Shown here in pieces: positions 25,336 to 35,545 of a stretch of 64,000 bases of DNA (positions are counted from its first letter, which is position 1; each line of letters starts with the position of its first letter). The stretch comes from Nitrospirota bacterium. GTDB taxonomy: Bacteria; Nitrospirota; UBA9217. The stretch spans positions 256,001 through 320,000 of the forward strand of contig CAWIYV010000007.1 in assembly GCA_963840455.1 (NCBI GenBank), read 5' to 3'. The translations under genes were made by a program, and so were the position numbers. The notes below the pieces were generated by a model, which had not been told where the DNA came from, did not search any database, and worked only from the letters and a program-made list of their open reading frames with translations.

Positions 25336-26868
25336 ATGAATCCAACTAAAGGAAAAGTCTACCTCATCGGCGCCGGGCCCGGCGACCCCGGCCTCATCAC
25401 GGTCAAGGGCCTGGAATGCGTTAAGAAGGCCGACGTGGTGATCTACGATTATCTCGCCAACGAGCGGCTGCTGGAGCACCGCAGGCCTGATGCCGAGCTC
25501 ATCTACGTGGGCAAGCAGGGAAGCCGTCACACGCTGCCCCAGGACGAGATCAACGGCCTCATCGTCCGGAAGGCGAAAGAGGGCAAGACCGTGGCGAGGC
25601 TCAAAGGCGGCGACCCCTTCATCTTCGGAAGGGGCGGGGAGGAGGCCGAGGAGTTGGTCGACAACGGGATCCCCTTCGAGGTGGTTCCCGGCGTCACCGC
25701 GGCAACTGCCGTGCCGACCTATGCGGGCATCCCGCTGACCCACCGCGACCACACGGCCAGCGTCGCCTTCGTCACGGGCCACGAGGACCCGACGAAGCCT
25801 GAGTCCAAGGTACACTGGGACCGCATTGCCACAGGCATCGGGACGCTCGTGTTCTTCATGGGCATGAAGAACCTCCCGAATATCGTGGACAATCTCGTTT
25901 CCCATGGCAGGAGCGCCGACACCCCCATCGCCCTTATCCAGTGGGGCACGCGGACCGACCAGAAGGTCGTGACCGGCACGCTCAAGGACATTGTGCCGAA
26001 GGTGAAGGAAGCGAAGCTTGGCCCGCCGGCGATCATTGTCGTAGGCGAGGTCGTCGCGCTCCGGAACAAGCTCAACTGGTTCGAGTCGAAACCGCTCTTC
26101 GGCAAGCGCATCGTTGTGACGCGATCCCGCGACCAGGCGAGCGTGTTCGCCGAGGCTCTGATCGACCGGGGGGCAACGCCCATAGAGTTCCCGAGCATCG
26201 ACGTAGTGCCGCCGGCAAGCTGGGCGGAGCTGGACGCGGCCTTGGACAACCTTGGTACCTATCAGTGGATCATCTTCACCAGCGCCAACGCCATACGGTT
26301 CTTTTTCGAACGGCTCCGGTCGCGCGGTATGGACATCCGGTCGCTCCATGGGAATAGCATCTGCGTTGTCGGGCCCAAGACCGCCGAGGCGCTGGGACAG
26401 TTCAGTCTCAAGGCGGACCTCATCCCGGCGGAGTTCAAGGCCGAAGGCGTCCTCGCAGCACTGGGTGGAGAACGGGTGAGGGGGAAGAAGTTCCTCGTCC
26501 CGCGCGCGAAGGTCGCCCGGGAGCTCATTCCCGACAAGCTCCGGGAAATGGGCGCGGAGGTCACGGTGGCCACGGCCTACGAGAACGTGCGGCCGGCGAC
26601 GGACGTGGACCGCGTCCGGAAGCTCTTTGCAGAAAAGAAGATCGCCGCCGTGACCTTCACCAGTTCATCAACGGCACACAATTTTGTTGAAATGCTGGGG
26701 CAAAAAGAGTATATAAAACTTATGGACGGCGTTGCCGTGGCCTGCATCGGCCCGGTGACGGCGAAGACGGTGGAAGAGTATGGTATGAAGGTGGATATCA
26801 TGCCGAAGGACTACACTATACCGGCGCTGGTAGAAGCCATGGTTGAGTATTACCAGAAGAAGACCTGA
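25336..26868 (+). CDS. cobA: Uroporphyrinogen-III C-methyltransferase / synthase fusion (CobA-HemD)
   Basis: [27 protein letters not shown]; C-terminal half FTSANA, FTSSST, CIGPVT. Confidence 0.95.
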   Translation: MNPTKGKVYLIGAGPGDPGLITVKGLECVKKADVVIYDYLANERLLEHRRPDAELIYVGKQGSRHTLPQDEINGLIVRKAKEGKTVARLKGGDPFIFGRGGEEAEELVDNGIPFEVVPGVTAATAVPTYAGIPLTHRDHTASVAFVTGHEDPTKPESKVHWDRIATGIGTLVFFMGMKNLPNIVDNLVSHGRSADTPIALIQWGTRTDQKVVTGTLKDIVPKVKEAKLGPPAIIVVGEVVALRNKLNWFESKPLFGKRIVVTRSRDQASVFAEALIDRGATPIEFPSIDVVPPASWAELDAALDNLGTYQWIIFTSANAIRFFFERLRSRGMDIRSLHGNSICVVGPKTAEALGQFSLKADLIPAEFKAEGVLAALGGERVRGKKFLVPRAKVARELIPDKLREMGAEVTVATAYENVRPATDVDRVRKLFAEKKIAAVTFTSSSTAHNFVEMLGQKEYIKLMDGVAVACIGPVTAKTVEEYGMKVDIMPKDYTIPALVEAMVEYYQKKT

Positions 26869-26985
26869 AGGAACTTAGCCGCAGAGTCCGCAAGGGACAG
26901 CAGGACCGACCGATCAAGAGTAATTCTCGGTGACCTCGGTGGCAAGGATGAATCATCTCAGTTCATTTATTTAAGGAGAAGTACA

Positions 26986-27372
26986 ATGATAACGATCACT
27001 GATGTGGCAGCAGACAAGATCAAGGAGATCCTTAAGGCAGAGGGCATGCCCCAGGCGGGTCTTCGGGTGTTCACGGGCGGCGGCGGCTGCGGCTGCAGCG
27101 GACCGCAGTTCGAGATCGCCATCGACGACAAGGCCGGTGACGGCGACACGGTGGTCGAGAACAAGGGAGCCAAGCTCTATGTGGACGCCGAGACCGCCGG
27201 CAAACTGGGAAGTGCCGAGCTCGGGTTCATTTCCGACGAGCGCGGAGAGGGCTTCGTGATCGGGTTCCCGAACGGCGCGCCCCAGGGCGGCAGCTGCGGC
27301 TGCGGTCCCGAAGGCGGCCCCGCGGAAGGCGGCTGCGGGTCCGGTTCCGGCGGCGGCTGCGCCTGCGGGTAG
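26986..27372 (+). CDS. HesB/IscA A-type Fe-S assembly protein with Gly/Cys-rich tail
   Basis: ITITDVAADKI, GGGCGCSGP, GFVI...SCGC. Confidence 0.85.
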   Translation: MITITDVAADKIKEILKAEGMPQAGLRVFTGGGGCGCSGPQFEIAIDDKAGDGDTVVENKGAKLYVDAETAGKLGSAELGFISDERGEGFVIGFPNGAPQGGSCGCGPEGGPAEGGCGSGSGGGCACG

Positions 27373-27386
27373 AAATCGCCCGGATC

Positions 27387-27488
27387 TTTGAACCGCGAGA
27401 CGCAAAGGTCGCGAAGGAAGTCCAGGGACCGTCGTCGCAGGTGGTCGGATCGGGCAGTCCTTTGCGGTCTTCGCGTCTTCGCGGTTGA
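27387..27488. repeat. REP-like stem-loop with 9-bp periodic arms
   Basis: TTTGAACCGCGAGACGCAAAGGTCGCGAAGG ... CCTTTGCGGTCTTCGCGTCTTCGCGGTT. Confidence 0.65.
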
Positions 27489-27518
27489 TTTGTTTATGAT
27501 GTAGATCGAGGTGACCTC

Positions 27519-28493
27519 ATGTATTTTCCCCAGTACCGCCCCCGCAGACTGCGGGCCAACGAGACCATCCGGCGCATGGTGCGTGAGACCACGCTCTTGC
27601 CCGACAACTTCATCTATCCCCTGTTCGTGACCCACGGCAAGGGCGTGAAGAAGGAGATCAGTTCCATGCCGGGCAACTACCAGCAGTCCATCGACAATCT
27701 CGTGAAGGACTGCGAAGAAGTGTACGGCCTTGGCATCCCTGCTGTGATCCTGTTCGGCATCCCGGAGAAGAAGGACGAACTGGGGACTGAGGCGTACTCC
27801 GACGAGGGGATCGTCCAGCACGCGATCAAGGCGATCAAGAACAAGCTGCCCGACCTTATGGTGATCACCGACGTCTGCATGTGCGAGTACACCAGCCACG
27901 GACATTGCGGCGTCATCAAGAACGGGGTCGTGCAGAACGACGCGACGCTGGAACTGCTCGCGAAGGAAGCGCTCTCCCATGCGAAGGCCGGCGCGGACAT
28001 GGTCGCCCCGTCGGACATGATGGACGGCCGCGTTGCGGCCATCCGCGACATCCTGGACGACGAGGGGTTCGAGAACACCCCCATCATGTCCTATGCAGCG
28101 AAATACGCGTCCGGCTTCTACGGACCGTTCCGCGAGGCAGCGGAATCCACACCCCAGTTCGGCGACCGGCGTTCGTACCAGATGGACCCGCCGAACAGCC
28201 GCGAGGCGCTGCGCGAAGTGGAACTTGACATCGAGGAAGGCGCCGACATCGTCATGGTAAAACCCGCCCTGTCGTATCTGGACATCATTTCCCAGGTCAA
28301 GCAGGAGTTCAATATGCCGGTGGCGGCGTACAACGTGAGCGGCGAGTTCTCCATGGTCAAGGCCGCGGCCAATCTCGGCTGGATCGACGGCGACCGGGTC
28401 ATGATGGAGGTCCTTACGTCCATCAAACGCGCAGGCGCGGATATGATCCTGACCTATCACGCCAAGGAAGCGGCATCGCTCCTGAATCGGTAA
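27519..28493 (+). CDS. hemB: Porphobilinogen synthase
   Basis: [38 protein letters not shown]. Confidence 0.97.
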   Translation: MYFPQYRPRRLRANETIRRMVRETTLLPDNFIYPLFVTHGKGVKKEISSMPGNYQQSIDNLVKDCEEVYGLGIPAVILFGIPEKKDELGTEAYSDEGIVQHAIKAIKNKLPDLMVITDVCMCEYTSHGHCGVIKNGVVQNDATLELLAKEALSHAKAGADMVAPSDMMDGRVAAIRDILDDEGFENTPIMSYAAKYASGFYGPFREAAESTPQFGDRRSYQMDPPNSREALREVELDIEEGADIVMVKPALSYLDIISQVKQEFNMPVAAYNVSGEFSMVKAAANLGWIDGDRVMMEVLTSIKRAGADMILTYHAKEAASLLNR

Positions 28494-28766
28494 TCACTGA
28501 CTGCGCAAACTTTCGTCCCTCCTTATCAAATCCCAGCCTTTCTTTCCGCATCATTCTGCAAAATAATGTCTAATAAGAAATAATAGTGCGCTCTACGAAT
28601 TTCTTCCTATTGATTTCCACTGAAAATCGGCTATCCTTACCACTAACAACGATCGGATCAGTTCATCCCGCATATGCAGATGACCGTTCTACGGTCGTGT
28701 TCCTCGTTGCTGTTTCACTGAAGGCCGCATGGCCCTCAGACTCTCATAGAAAGGAGGTAGTGAAGC

Positions 28767-30599
28767 ATGTTAAGATTTCACGGCGGACAATCTGTCGGAA
28801 AGGGAACCTACTGGGATCTGTCCAACGGCGAGATGATCGATGCTCACCGGACCACGGCGTTGCCGGGCGGCGAAGACACACATTACATGAAGCTCCCGGT
28901 CGCGGGCGTGTTCATCGCGGGGCCGCTCGCAGGCCTGCTGTTCACCTGCGTCATCCCGTTCCTGTTCCTGCTCGTCACCCTGTTGTTCCTGCCCCGCACC
29001 ATGCACGCTTCCGAGGCGGTCATCTCGGAAGAGGCCAAGGCCTGCCTGGGCTGCCATGCGACGCCCGGCATGTCAACGACCTTCCGGGACAAGAGCACGC
29101 TCTCGGTACACGTGTCCGAGAGCCACTTCCAGAACACGGTCCATGGTTTCCTTGCCTGTACGGGCTGCCACAGCGATGTTTCCCTGGACACACACCCCGC
29201 CTCGCAGTACGCGAGTAAACGGGAATTCGTGCTCCATGTCGCTGAAGCGTGCAAGTCATGCCATGCCGATGAACAGCTGACGGCCAACCCGATCCACCAG
29301 AAGGCCATCACGAAAGCGAACGCGCCGCCCTGTTCAGATTGCCATGGTTCCCATTCCATCAGAAAAGTCCCCACCCAGAAAGAAAAGCTCACTACCACTC
29401 AGTACTGCCTCACCTGCCACAAACAGCAGCTCAGCCTTTCCATCAACGGAAAAATGCTCTCACTCGCCATCAGCGAAGCGGGCCTCCGTCACTCGGTCCA
29501 CAAAGGGCACGGGTGTACCGACTGTCACATCCATTTTTCGAAGCAGGACCATCCGAACCGCCAGTTCACCAGTATTCGCGAAGTATCGATCGCCGGTGCG
29601 GAAGCCTGCAAACGATGCCATCTGGACAAGGCGGCCCAGCACCGCGGGAGCGTTCACTTCGACCTGCTCACCAAGGGCAACCGCAATGCCCCCGTATGTT
29701 CCGATTGCCATGGCAGCCATGCTGTGGGCCCCAAGGCCCTGGCGCAGACCATGGAAGGGGTGCCCTGCAAGAAGTGCCACAGCGAGATCTTTGCGGCATA
29801 CCAGGGCAGCGTGCACGGCAAGGCAAGGATGAAGGAGGGCACGGGGGCCCCGATCTGCTCCTCCTGTCACTTTGCCCATGACGTGAAGGCCGCACAGGCG
29901 TCCCGATCGCCGAAGGGTGTCTGCCTTGGATGCCACTCAAAGGTCCTGGCAGCGCACAAGGAATGGCTCCCGAACGCCGAAGCGCATTTTGACTCGGTGT
30001 CCTGCACGGTGTGCCACGTTTCCGGTGAGTACAAACGCAGCATCTACCTGCGTCTCACCGACGGCGCGTCGGGCGACATGATATCCGATTCCGCCATGCG
30101 GGGGGCCATGAAGGACCCGGCTAGGGGACCGGCTAATTCCCGAAATACCCGCCTAGATCCCGAGCAGCTCTGGAAGATCTACCGGGAACTGAACGCCCGG
30201 GAACAGAAGGTGAAGATGTCCGGTACCGTGGGCCTCAACGACAGCCATGACGCACATTATCTTGTCCCGAAGGGCAGCGCGGTACGCCAGTGCGAATGGT
30301 GCCATACGGCCAATGCCGAGTTCTTCTCCTCCATCTCGCTGGCGGTCAAGGGTGTTGACGGCAGGGAAACGTTCTACAACGTGGACTCCGCAGCGCTCGG
30401 ATCGATGTTCGTCATGCTGCCCTTGAACCAGTTCTACGCCATCGGCAGCATGCGGCAGCAGGTCTTCGATGTCATGGGAGCACTCATGATCATGGGAGGC
30501 CTTGCTGTGCCGGTGCTCCACGGGGGCATCAGGATGCTGACCGCCCGATCCCGTAGAGCGAGGCATCAGGCCGGGCCGGGAAGGGGGACAAGGCCATGA
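28767..30599 (+). CDS. Membrane-anchored multiheme cytochrome c (13 CxxCH)
   Basis: CLGCH, CTGCH, CKSCH, CSDCH, CLTCH, CTDCH, CKRCH, CSDCH, CKKCH, CSSCH, CLGCH, CTVCH, CEWCH; C-terminal TM with His. Confidence 0.9.
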   Translation: MLRFHGGQSVGKGTYWDLSNGEMIDAHRTTALPGGEDTHYMKLPVAGVFIAGPLAGLLFTCVIPFLFLLVTLLFLPRTMHASEAVISEEAKACLGCHATPGMSTTFRDKSTLSVHVSESHFQNTVHGFLACTGCHSDVSLDTHPASQYASKREFVLHVAEACKSCHADEQLTANPIHQKAITKANAPPCSDCHGSHSIRKVPTQKEKLTTTQYCLTCHKQQLSLSINGKMLSLAISEAGLRHSVHKGHGCTDCHIHFSKQDHPNRQFTSIREVSIAGAEACKRCHLDKAAQHRGSVHFDLLTKGNRNAPVCSDCHGSHAVGPKALAQTMEGVPCKKCHSEIFAAYQGSVHGKARMKEGTGAPICSSCHFAHDVKAAQASRSPKGVCLGCHSKVLAAHKEWLPNAEAHFDSVSCTVCHVSGEYKRSIYLRLTDGASGDMISDSAMRGAMKDPARGPANSRNTRLDPEQLWKIYRELNAREQKVKMSGTVGLNDSHDAHYLVPKGSAVRQCEWCHTANAEFFSSISLAVKGVDGRETFYNVDSAALGSMFVMLPLNQFYAIGSMRQQVFDVMGALMIMGGLAVPVLHGGIRMLTARSRRARHQAGPGRGTRP

Positions 30600-31225
30600 A
30601 CCAGATATATCTTCACGCGCTGCCGGTACGGGTCTGGCACTGGATCAACGCCGGCAGTTTCTTCGCCCTGATCGCGACCGGGATACAGATCCGGTACCGG
30701 GATGCCATCCATCTGACGTCGTTCAAGACGGCCGTCGACGTGCATAACTTCTTCGGCTTCGCGCTGATCCTGAACTTCTGCCTGTGGGCGGTGTACTACC
30801 TGCTCTCGGGGAAGCTCAAGGTCTACCTCCCGGACCCCAACCTCAAGAACTTCATCCGGGGCAGTATCCGCCAGGCGCGGTACTATGCCTACGGGATATT
30901 CGTCGGGGAGCCGAACCCCCACCATGCAACGCCGGACAGCAAGTTCAATCCCATGCAGCAGGTCGCATACTTCAACATCATGCTCCTGTTCATGCCCATG
31001 CAGATCGCAACGGGATTGATGCTGTGGGACATCAAGCTGTTCAGCGGCGGCATAGCCTTTGCCGGCGGGCTCAAGATGGTGGATATGGTCCATTTGTTCC
31101 TGTCCATCTTCTTCACGGCCTTCCTGTTCGTTCACATCTACCTGGCGACCCTCGGCCATACGCCCTGGACGCACATCAAGGCGATGTTCACGGGCTATGA
31201 GGAGGAGCCGGAAAGCGCGCATTAA
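30596..31225 (+). CDS. Cytochrome b subunit (Ni-hydrogenase/FDH cyt b family)
   Basis: RVWHWINA, VHNFFG, KFNPMQ, VHLF, VHIYLA; overlaps the upstream stop. Confidence 0.92.
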   Translation: MNQIYLHALPVRVWHWINAGSFFALIATGIQIRYRDAIHLTSFKTAVDVHNFFGFALILNFCLWAVYYLLSGKLKVYLPDPNLKNFIRGSIRQARYYAYGIFVGEPNPHHATPDSKFNPMQQVAYFNIMLLFMPMQIATGLMLWDIKLFSGGIAFAGGLKMVDMVHLFLSIFFTAFLFVHIYLATLGHTPWTHIKAMFTGYEEEPESAH

Positions 31226-31243
31226 AGGCGTTTCCCTTCGTGA

Positions 31244-31279
31244 GGGGAGGAGCGGGACACCGCTCCTCCCCATTTTTTT
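31244..31279 (+). terminator. Intrinsic terminator
   Basis: GGGGAGGAGCGG-GACA-CCGCTCCTCCCC-ATTTTTTT. Confidence 0.85.
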
Positions 31280-31436
31280 GCATCAGCCGTCAGATAGTCC
31301 GCCTGCATCGAGGCCACAGCCCTGCCTTCCCCGATACCTGTTTTTCCTCCTGCCGCGACAAGCCGCTTGCAACAAGGATGATTCCTATGCTAATCTATCA
31401 TCAATACAACTTCATGCCGGAAGGAGCGTGGGAACT

Positions 31437-31718
31437 ATGGCGGAAAAAGATATCATGCAGGAGATCGAGGAGCTGCGGAAGCAGCTGCAGTCGCTTTCAG
31501 CGGCCCGGGGGCCGGCTGCACCGCAGGAGCAACCGCTGCAGGAGCCGGCCGCCGAGGCTGGGGGCGAGGCCGGGGCCTGGCTCCGGGACATTATCAAACA
31601 GACCGAGGAGCTGATCGGCGGTCTGGACCTGCACTTCAAGGAGGTCCCGGCGAAGACGGCGCTCGTGATCTTTGCGCTCGGCGTGCTGACGGGCAGACTC
31701 CTCAGCAGGAGGGGGTAA
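31437..31718 (+). CDS. Small coiled-coil protein with C-terminal TM (ElaB/YqjD-like)
   Basis: IEELRKQL N-terminus, P.KTALVIFALGVLTGRLL C-terminus; RBS AAGGAG. Confidence 0.6.
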   Translation: MAEKDIMQEIEELRKQLQSLSAARGPAAPQEQPLQEPAAEAGGEAGAWLRDIIKQTEELIGGLDLHFKEVPAKTALVIFALGVLTGRLLSRRG

Positions 31719-31722
31719 GGTC

Positions 31723-32214
31723 ATGGATGAGCTCGTAGTGAAACTGCGCCTTCTGGCCAAGGCGGAACTGATCCTGCTGCGCCTCCACCTCCGCCGCACG
31801 GTCAAACAGGCGGTGTTCTATATCGTTGCCGCGCTCCTGGCAGTACTGGCCGTAGGTATGCTGAACGTCGCGCTCTATCTGTACCTATCGCCGCCGCTCG
31901 AAAGCGCGCGTGCGGCGCTCGTCGTCGCCCTGGTGGATATCGTACTGGCAGCCGTCGTGATCACTGCTGCCGGCCGGATGCTTCTCGGTCCCGAAGCGGA
32001 CGCAGCGAACGCGCTTCGCGAACTCACAATGAGCGAGCTGGTGTCGGATATTGAGCGCGTGAAAACCCAGATCGCCGATCTGAGCGACGACGTCAAGAAG
32101 ATACGGTCGGCAGTCACCGGGTTCATGAACCCGGACAGCATCGGCCTTTCCTCGTTGCTCCAATGGCTCCCGGTGCTCCTCGGACTGTTTCGAAGGAAAA
32201 AACAGGATGGATAA
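31723..32214 (+). CDS. Membrane protein, YqjE/holin-like family
   Basis: LAKAELILL followed by two TM helices; follows the ElaB-like gene. Confidence 0.6.
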   Translation: MDELVVKLRLLAKAELILLRLHLRRTVKQAVFYIVAALLAVLAVGMLNVALYLYLSPPLESARAALVVALVDIVLAAVVITAAGRMLLGPEADAANALRELTMSELVSDIERVKTQIADLSDDVKKIRSAVTGFMNPDSIGLSSLLQWLPVLLGLFRRKKQDG

Positions 32215-32270
32215 CAGCATTTCCGTTCGTTATCGCTGACTTCGTATTCAAAATCATGACAGAACCCTTT

Positions 32271-32995
32271 ATGCAGTTAACTCGGATCGTGTCGTCCTTC
32301 TGTCTGTTCGCCGCACTCCTTCTGGGGACGTCAGCGGCCCGGGCTGCGGAGCAGCAGGCGAAGACCGTGGCCAAGGAAGAACAAATGACCGTTGAGGATG
32401 TGATCCCGCTGACCGTCGGGAATCTCCGCGGCCACAAGATGGTGTACAAAGAGGGCTGGTATATCGTGACGTCGAGCCGCAAGGCCTTGGACTTTGCCAA
32501 AGATCATTCCATCACCCGTTCGGGCGATGCCCTGGCCGAGGCTGCTGCAGTGCTGCAGGACGCAGCAAGGACTATACGACCAACATCGCGTCGGACGTGA
32601 AAGGGGCCATGGAAGGCGGCAAGCGCGTCGTGTCCACCGGAACTGAACTGACAGGCGACATCCTCAAGACGACGCACCGCGCGGGTAAAGCGGAGCTCAC
32701 TTATGCGTCCGAGACCTTCCACAAGGCAGGGGAATCGTTCATCCAGGGCAACCTGTCGCTGGGGAAAAGGATTGCAGAGGATCGGAAGGAACTGGCAGCA
32801 CTGCCGGGGAACTATTTCACCGACCTCAAGGACGACTTCAGCAACATCTGGGAGCTCACGAGCACGGCAAACGACAAGTTTGCCGGAAAGATCGAGACCG
32901 GCTGGGATAAGGCTTTCGATAAGGCTGCTTGGGAGTTCAAAAAAGAGTACGACCGGTCGGGAGAGTCGCAGAACACTCTATGGCAACCTGCCTGA
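32271..32995 (+). pseudogene. Frameshifted secreted hypothetical protein
   Basis: Signal-peptide ORF from 32271 continues in the -1 frame near 32545 (..LAEAA / SAAGRSKDYTTNIASDVKGAM..) to stop 32995. Confidence 0.55.
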
Positions 32996-33059
32996 AACTC
33001 GGGAAGCCATGGAAGAACAAAAGTGACGTTTTGTTCATTCCGGAAAAGAGGGGCCTTCC

Positions 33060-33551
33060 ATGAAGCAGATCGATAGCAAGTTCCTTGACGAATTGACAGC
33101 AAAGGCCGCCGCTTCCCCGCGAAAACGGGCTCACTACAATCTCCACCCAGTCCTCGAAGATCCGGTCCAGCGGCTCTGTGTGGCCATCGAGCCGGGCACG
33201 TACATCAGGCCGCACCGGCATGCCGAACCGTCGACGTGGGAGGTCTTTATCCTCCTCCGTGGTTCGGCGGTGTTCCTGGTCTTCGATGACGCCGGCAAAG
33301 TGCAGGAGCGTGTCGCTCTTAAGGCAGGAGGGCCGGTCCAGGCCATTGAGATACCGGTCGACACGTGGCATTCCATCGCTTCGCTCGAGACGGGCACTAT
33401 CTTCCTCGAAGTGAAACAAGGGCCTTATTCCTCGCCAAAAGGCGGGAATTCAGCTGCTTGGGCCCCGGCCGAGGACGAGACCGAGACTGCCCGATTTGAG
33501 GCCTGGTATCGCAGCGCCCGACCAGGGGATGAGCCGCCGGAGATCCGCTAA
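33060..33551 (+). CDS. WbuC family cupin-fold metalloprotein
   Basis: SPRKRAHYNLH, PGTYIRPHRH, WHS, EVKQGPY. Confidence 0.9.
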   Translation: MKQIDSKFLDELTAKAAASPRKRAHYNLHPVLEDPVQRLCVAIEPGTYIRPHRHAEPSTWEVFILLRGSAVFLVFDDAGKVQERVALKAGGPVQAIEIPVDTWHSIASLETGTIFLEVKQGPYSSPKGGNSAAWAPAEDETETARFEAWYRSARPGDEPPEIR

Positions 33552-33697
33552 CGAGCACGCAGCGTCTGTTCCTTCCCTTCGCTCATTTCAGAAAAACCTC
33601 CCGACATCATCACTTTACCCTTGACAAGTCCATGGGTTACATGGTATTTTTACGCTTCCTAAAACGGGTTCGGTTTATTTTTCAAGGAGGTACAAGC

Positions 33698-34009
33698 ATG
33701 TACGCGGTCATTCAAACGGGGGGAAAGCAGTACAAGGTTGCTCCCGGTGATGTGGTGAAGGTTGAGAAGCTCGAGGCCAAGAAGGGCGACACCGTCGAGA
33801 TCAAGGACGTGTTCATGATCGCTGATGGCGACAAGGTGAGCGTGGGCAAGCCGACCCTGGCATCCGCGATGGTCACCGCCGAGGTCATGGGCGACGTCAA
33901 GGGCGAGAAGATCCTGATCTTCAAGCACCGTCGGCGCAAGGGCTACCGGAAGACCAACGGTCACCGCCAGAACTATACCACGCTCAAAGTGAAGGACATC
34001 ATAGCGTAA
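33698..34009 (+). CDS. rplU: 50S ribosomal protein L21
   Basis: MYAVIQTGGKQYKV, GHRQ. Confidence 0.98.
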   Translation: MYAVIQTGGKQYKVAPGDVVKVEKLEAKKGDTVEIKDVFMIADGDKVSVGKPTLASAMVTAEVMGDVKGEKILIFKHRRRKGYRKTNGHRQNYTTLKVKDIIA

Positions 34010-34037
34010 CGTTGTACGCAATGTGGAGGATTAAGCA

Positions 34038-34295
34038 ATGGCTCATAAAAAAGGCGTCGGCAGTTCAAGGAACGGCAGGGACAGCAATCCGCAGTATCTG
34101 GGCGTGAAGCGGTATGGCGGTGAAAAGGTGCTCGCCGGCACGATCATCGTTCGTCAGCGCGGGACCAAGATCCACCCGGGCGCGAACGTCGGCAAGGGGA
34201 GCGACGATACGCTCTTCGCCAAGATCAGCGGCGTGATCAAGTTCGAGCGCAAGGATAAGACCCGCAAGCAGGTGAGCGTGTACGCGGTAGCGTAA
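34038..34295 (+). CDS. rpmA: 50S ribosomal protein L27
   Basis: [21 protein letters not shown]. Confidence 0.98.
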   Translation: MAHKKGVGSSRNGRDSNPQYLGVKRYGGEKVLAGTIIVRQRGTKIHPGANVGKGSDDTLFAKISGVIKFERKDKTRKQVSVYAVA

Positions 34296-34320
34296 TCGCT
34301 CATTCAACGTGTTCTCTCGG

Positions 34321-34354
34321 AAGGCGGCATCCATTCGATGCCGCCTTTTTTATT
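34321..34354 (+). terminator. Intrinsic terminator
   Basis: AAGGCGGCATC-CATTC-GATGCCGCCTT-TTTT. Confidence 0.85.
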
Positions 34355-34467
34355 CCCTTGAGACTTGCATTTTCAGCAGTATATCTGTATATTTCATTGA
34401 AAACATTGTTTAAATCCCTCTTCGCAGCAGCGGCTTCATAAGAGGAAAGAGGGGTACTCGAGCACCG

Positions 34468-35523
34468 ATGTCCAATTTCATCGATCGCGTAAAGATCTAC
34501 GTCAAGAGCGGCCATGGCGGACCCGGCGTTGTCGCGTTCCGCCGCGAGGCCTACGTGCCTAAGGGTGGACCGAGCGGCGGCGACGGCGGCAAGGGCGGCG
34601 ACGTGGTCATCGAGGCAGACAAGCAGCTCGGCACGCTGATCGACCTCAAGTACCAGCAGAACTACTGGGCCGAGAAAGGCGAACAGGGGCGCGGCAAACA
34701 GCAGACCGGCGCGGACGGCAAGAACATCATCATCCGAGTTCCCGTGGGCACGCTGGTCTGCGACATGGAGACTCGCGAACCCATCGTTGACATGGACGAG
34801 GACGGCAAGTGGTACATCCTCGCCAAGGGCGGACGCGGCGGCAAGGGGAATGCGTTTTTTAAATCCGCGACAAACCAGGCGCCGCGCCATGCGCAGCCGG
34901 GCGAGCCCGGCGAGGAGTTCACGCTGTTCCTGGAGCTCAAGCTCCTGGCGGACGTTGGTCTTGTGGGGTTCCCGAATGCCGGGAAGTCTACACTCATCTC
35001 GCGCATCTCGGCGGCGAAGCCCAAGATCGCCGACTATCCCTTCACGACGCTCACGCCGGTGCTCGGCGTCGTGAAGCCTGAAGGCAGGAAGAGCTTCGTT
35101 GTCGCTGATATTCCGGGGCTCATCGAGAACGCACACAAGGGCGCCGGGCTGGGTTTCGAGTTCCTGCGCCATGTGGAGCGGACTTCCATGCTGCTGCACA
35201 TGGTGGACGTGTCCGGCATCGTGCCGGGCGATCCGGTCGAGAACTTCCAGAAGATCAATAACGAACTGGAGCTCTACAGCCTTGACCTGATGAAGAAGTA
35301 CATGGCCGTTGCCGCCACCAAGATCGATGCCGCGGTGCCGGAGAACCTCGAGAAGCTGCAGGGGCACTGCGAGAAGGAAGGGTACCGGTTCTTCCCCATC
35401 TCGTCGGTTACCGGTGCGGGACTGGACAAATTGATGAACTTCCTCGCCGACAAGGTGGATGCAGCGAGAAAGGTACGGGAACCTGCAACAAAGGGTCGGG
35501 AATCCGGGGAGAATGATCAGTAA
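34468..35523 (+). CDS. obgE: GTPase ObgE/CgtA
   Basis: GGPSGGDGGKGG, GFPNAGKST, YPFTTL, DIPGLIE. Confidence 0.97.
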   Translation: MSNFIDRVKIYVKSGHGGPGVVAFRREAYVPKGGPSGGDGGKGGDVVIEADKQLGTLIDLKYQQNYWAEKGEQGRGKQQTGADGKNIIIRVPVGTLVCDMETREPIVDMDEDGKWYILAKGGRGGKGNAFFKSATNQAPRHAQPGEPGEEFTLFLELKLLADVGLVGFPNAGKSTLISRISAAKPKIADYPFTTLTPVLGVVKPEGRKSFVVADIPGLIENAHKGAGLGFEFLRHVERTSMLLHMVDVSGIVPGDPVENFQKINNELELYSLDLMKKYMAVAATKIDAAVPENLEKLQGHCEKEGYRFFPISSVTGAGLDKLMNFLADKVDAARKVREPATKGRESGENDQ

Positions 35524-35545
35524 ACGGTAATATCTATAACATCCT

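Noticed and set aside
26986-27372. HesB-like selenoprotein
   Set aside because: All relevant codons are TGC; no in-frame TGA.
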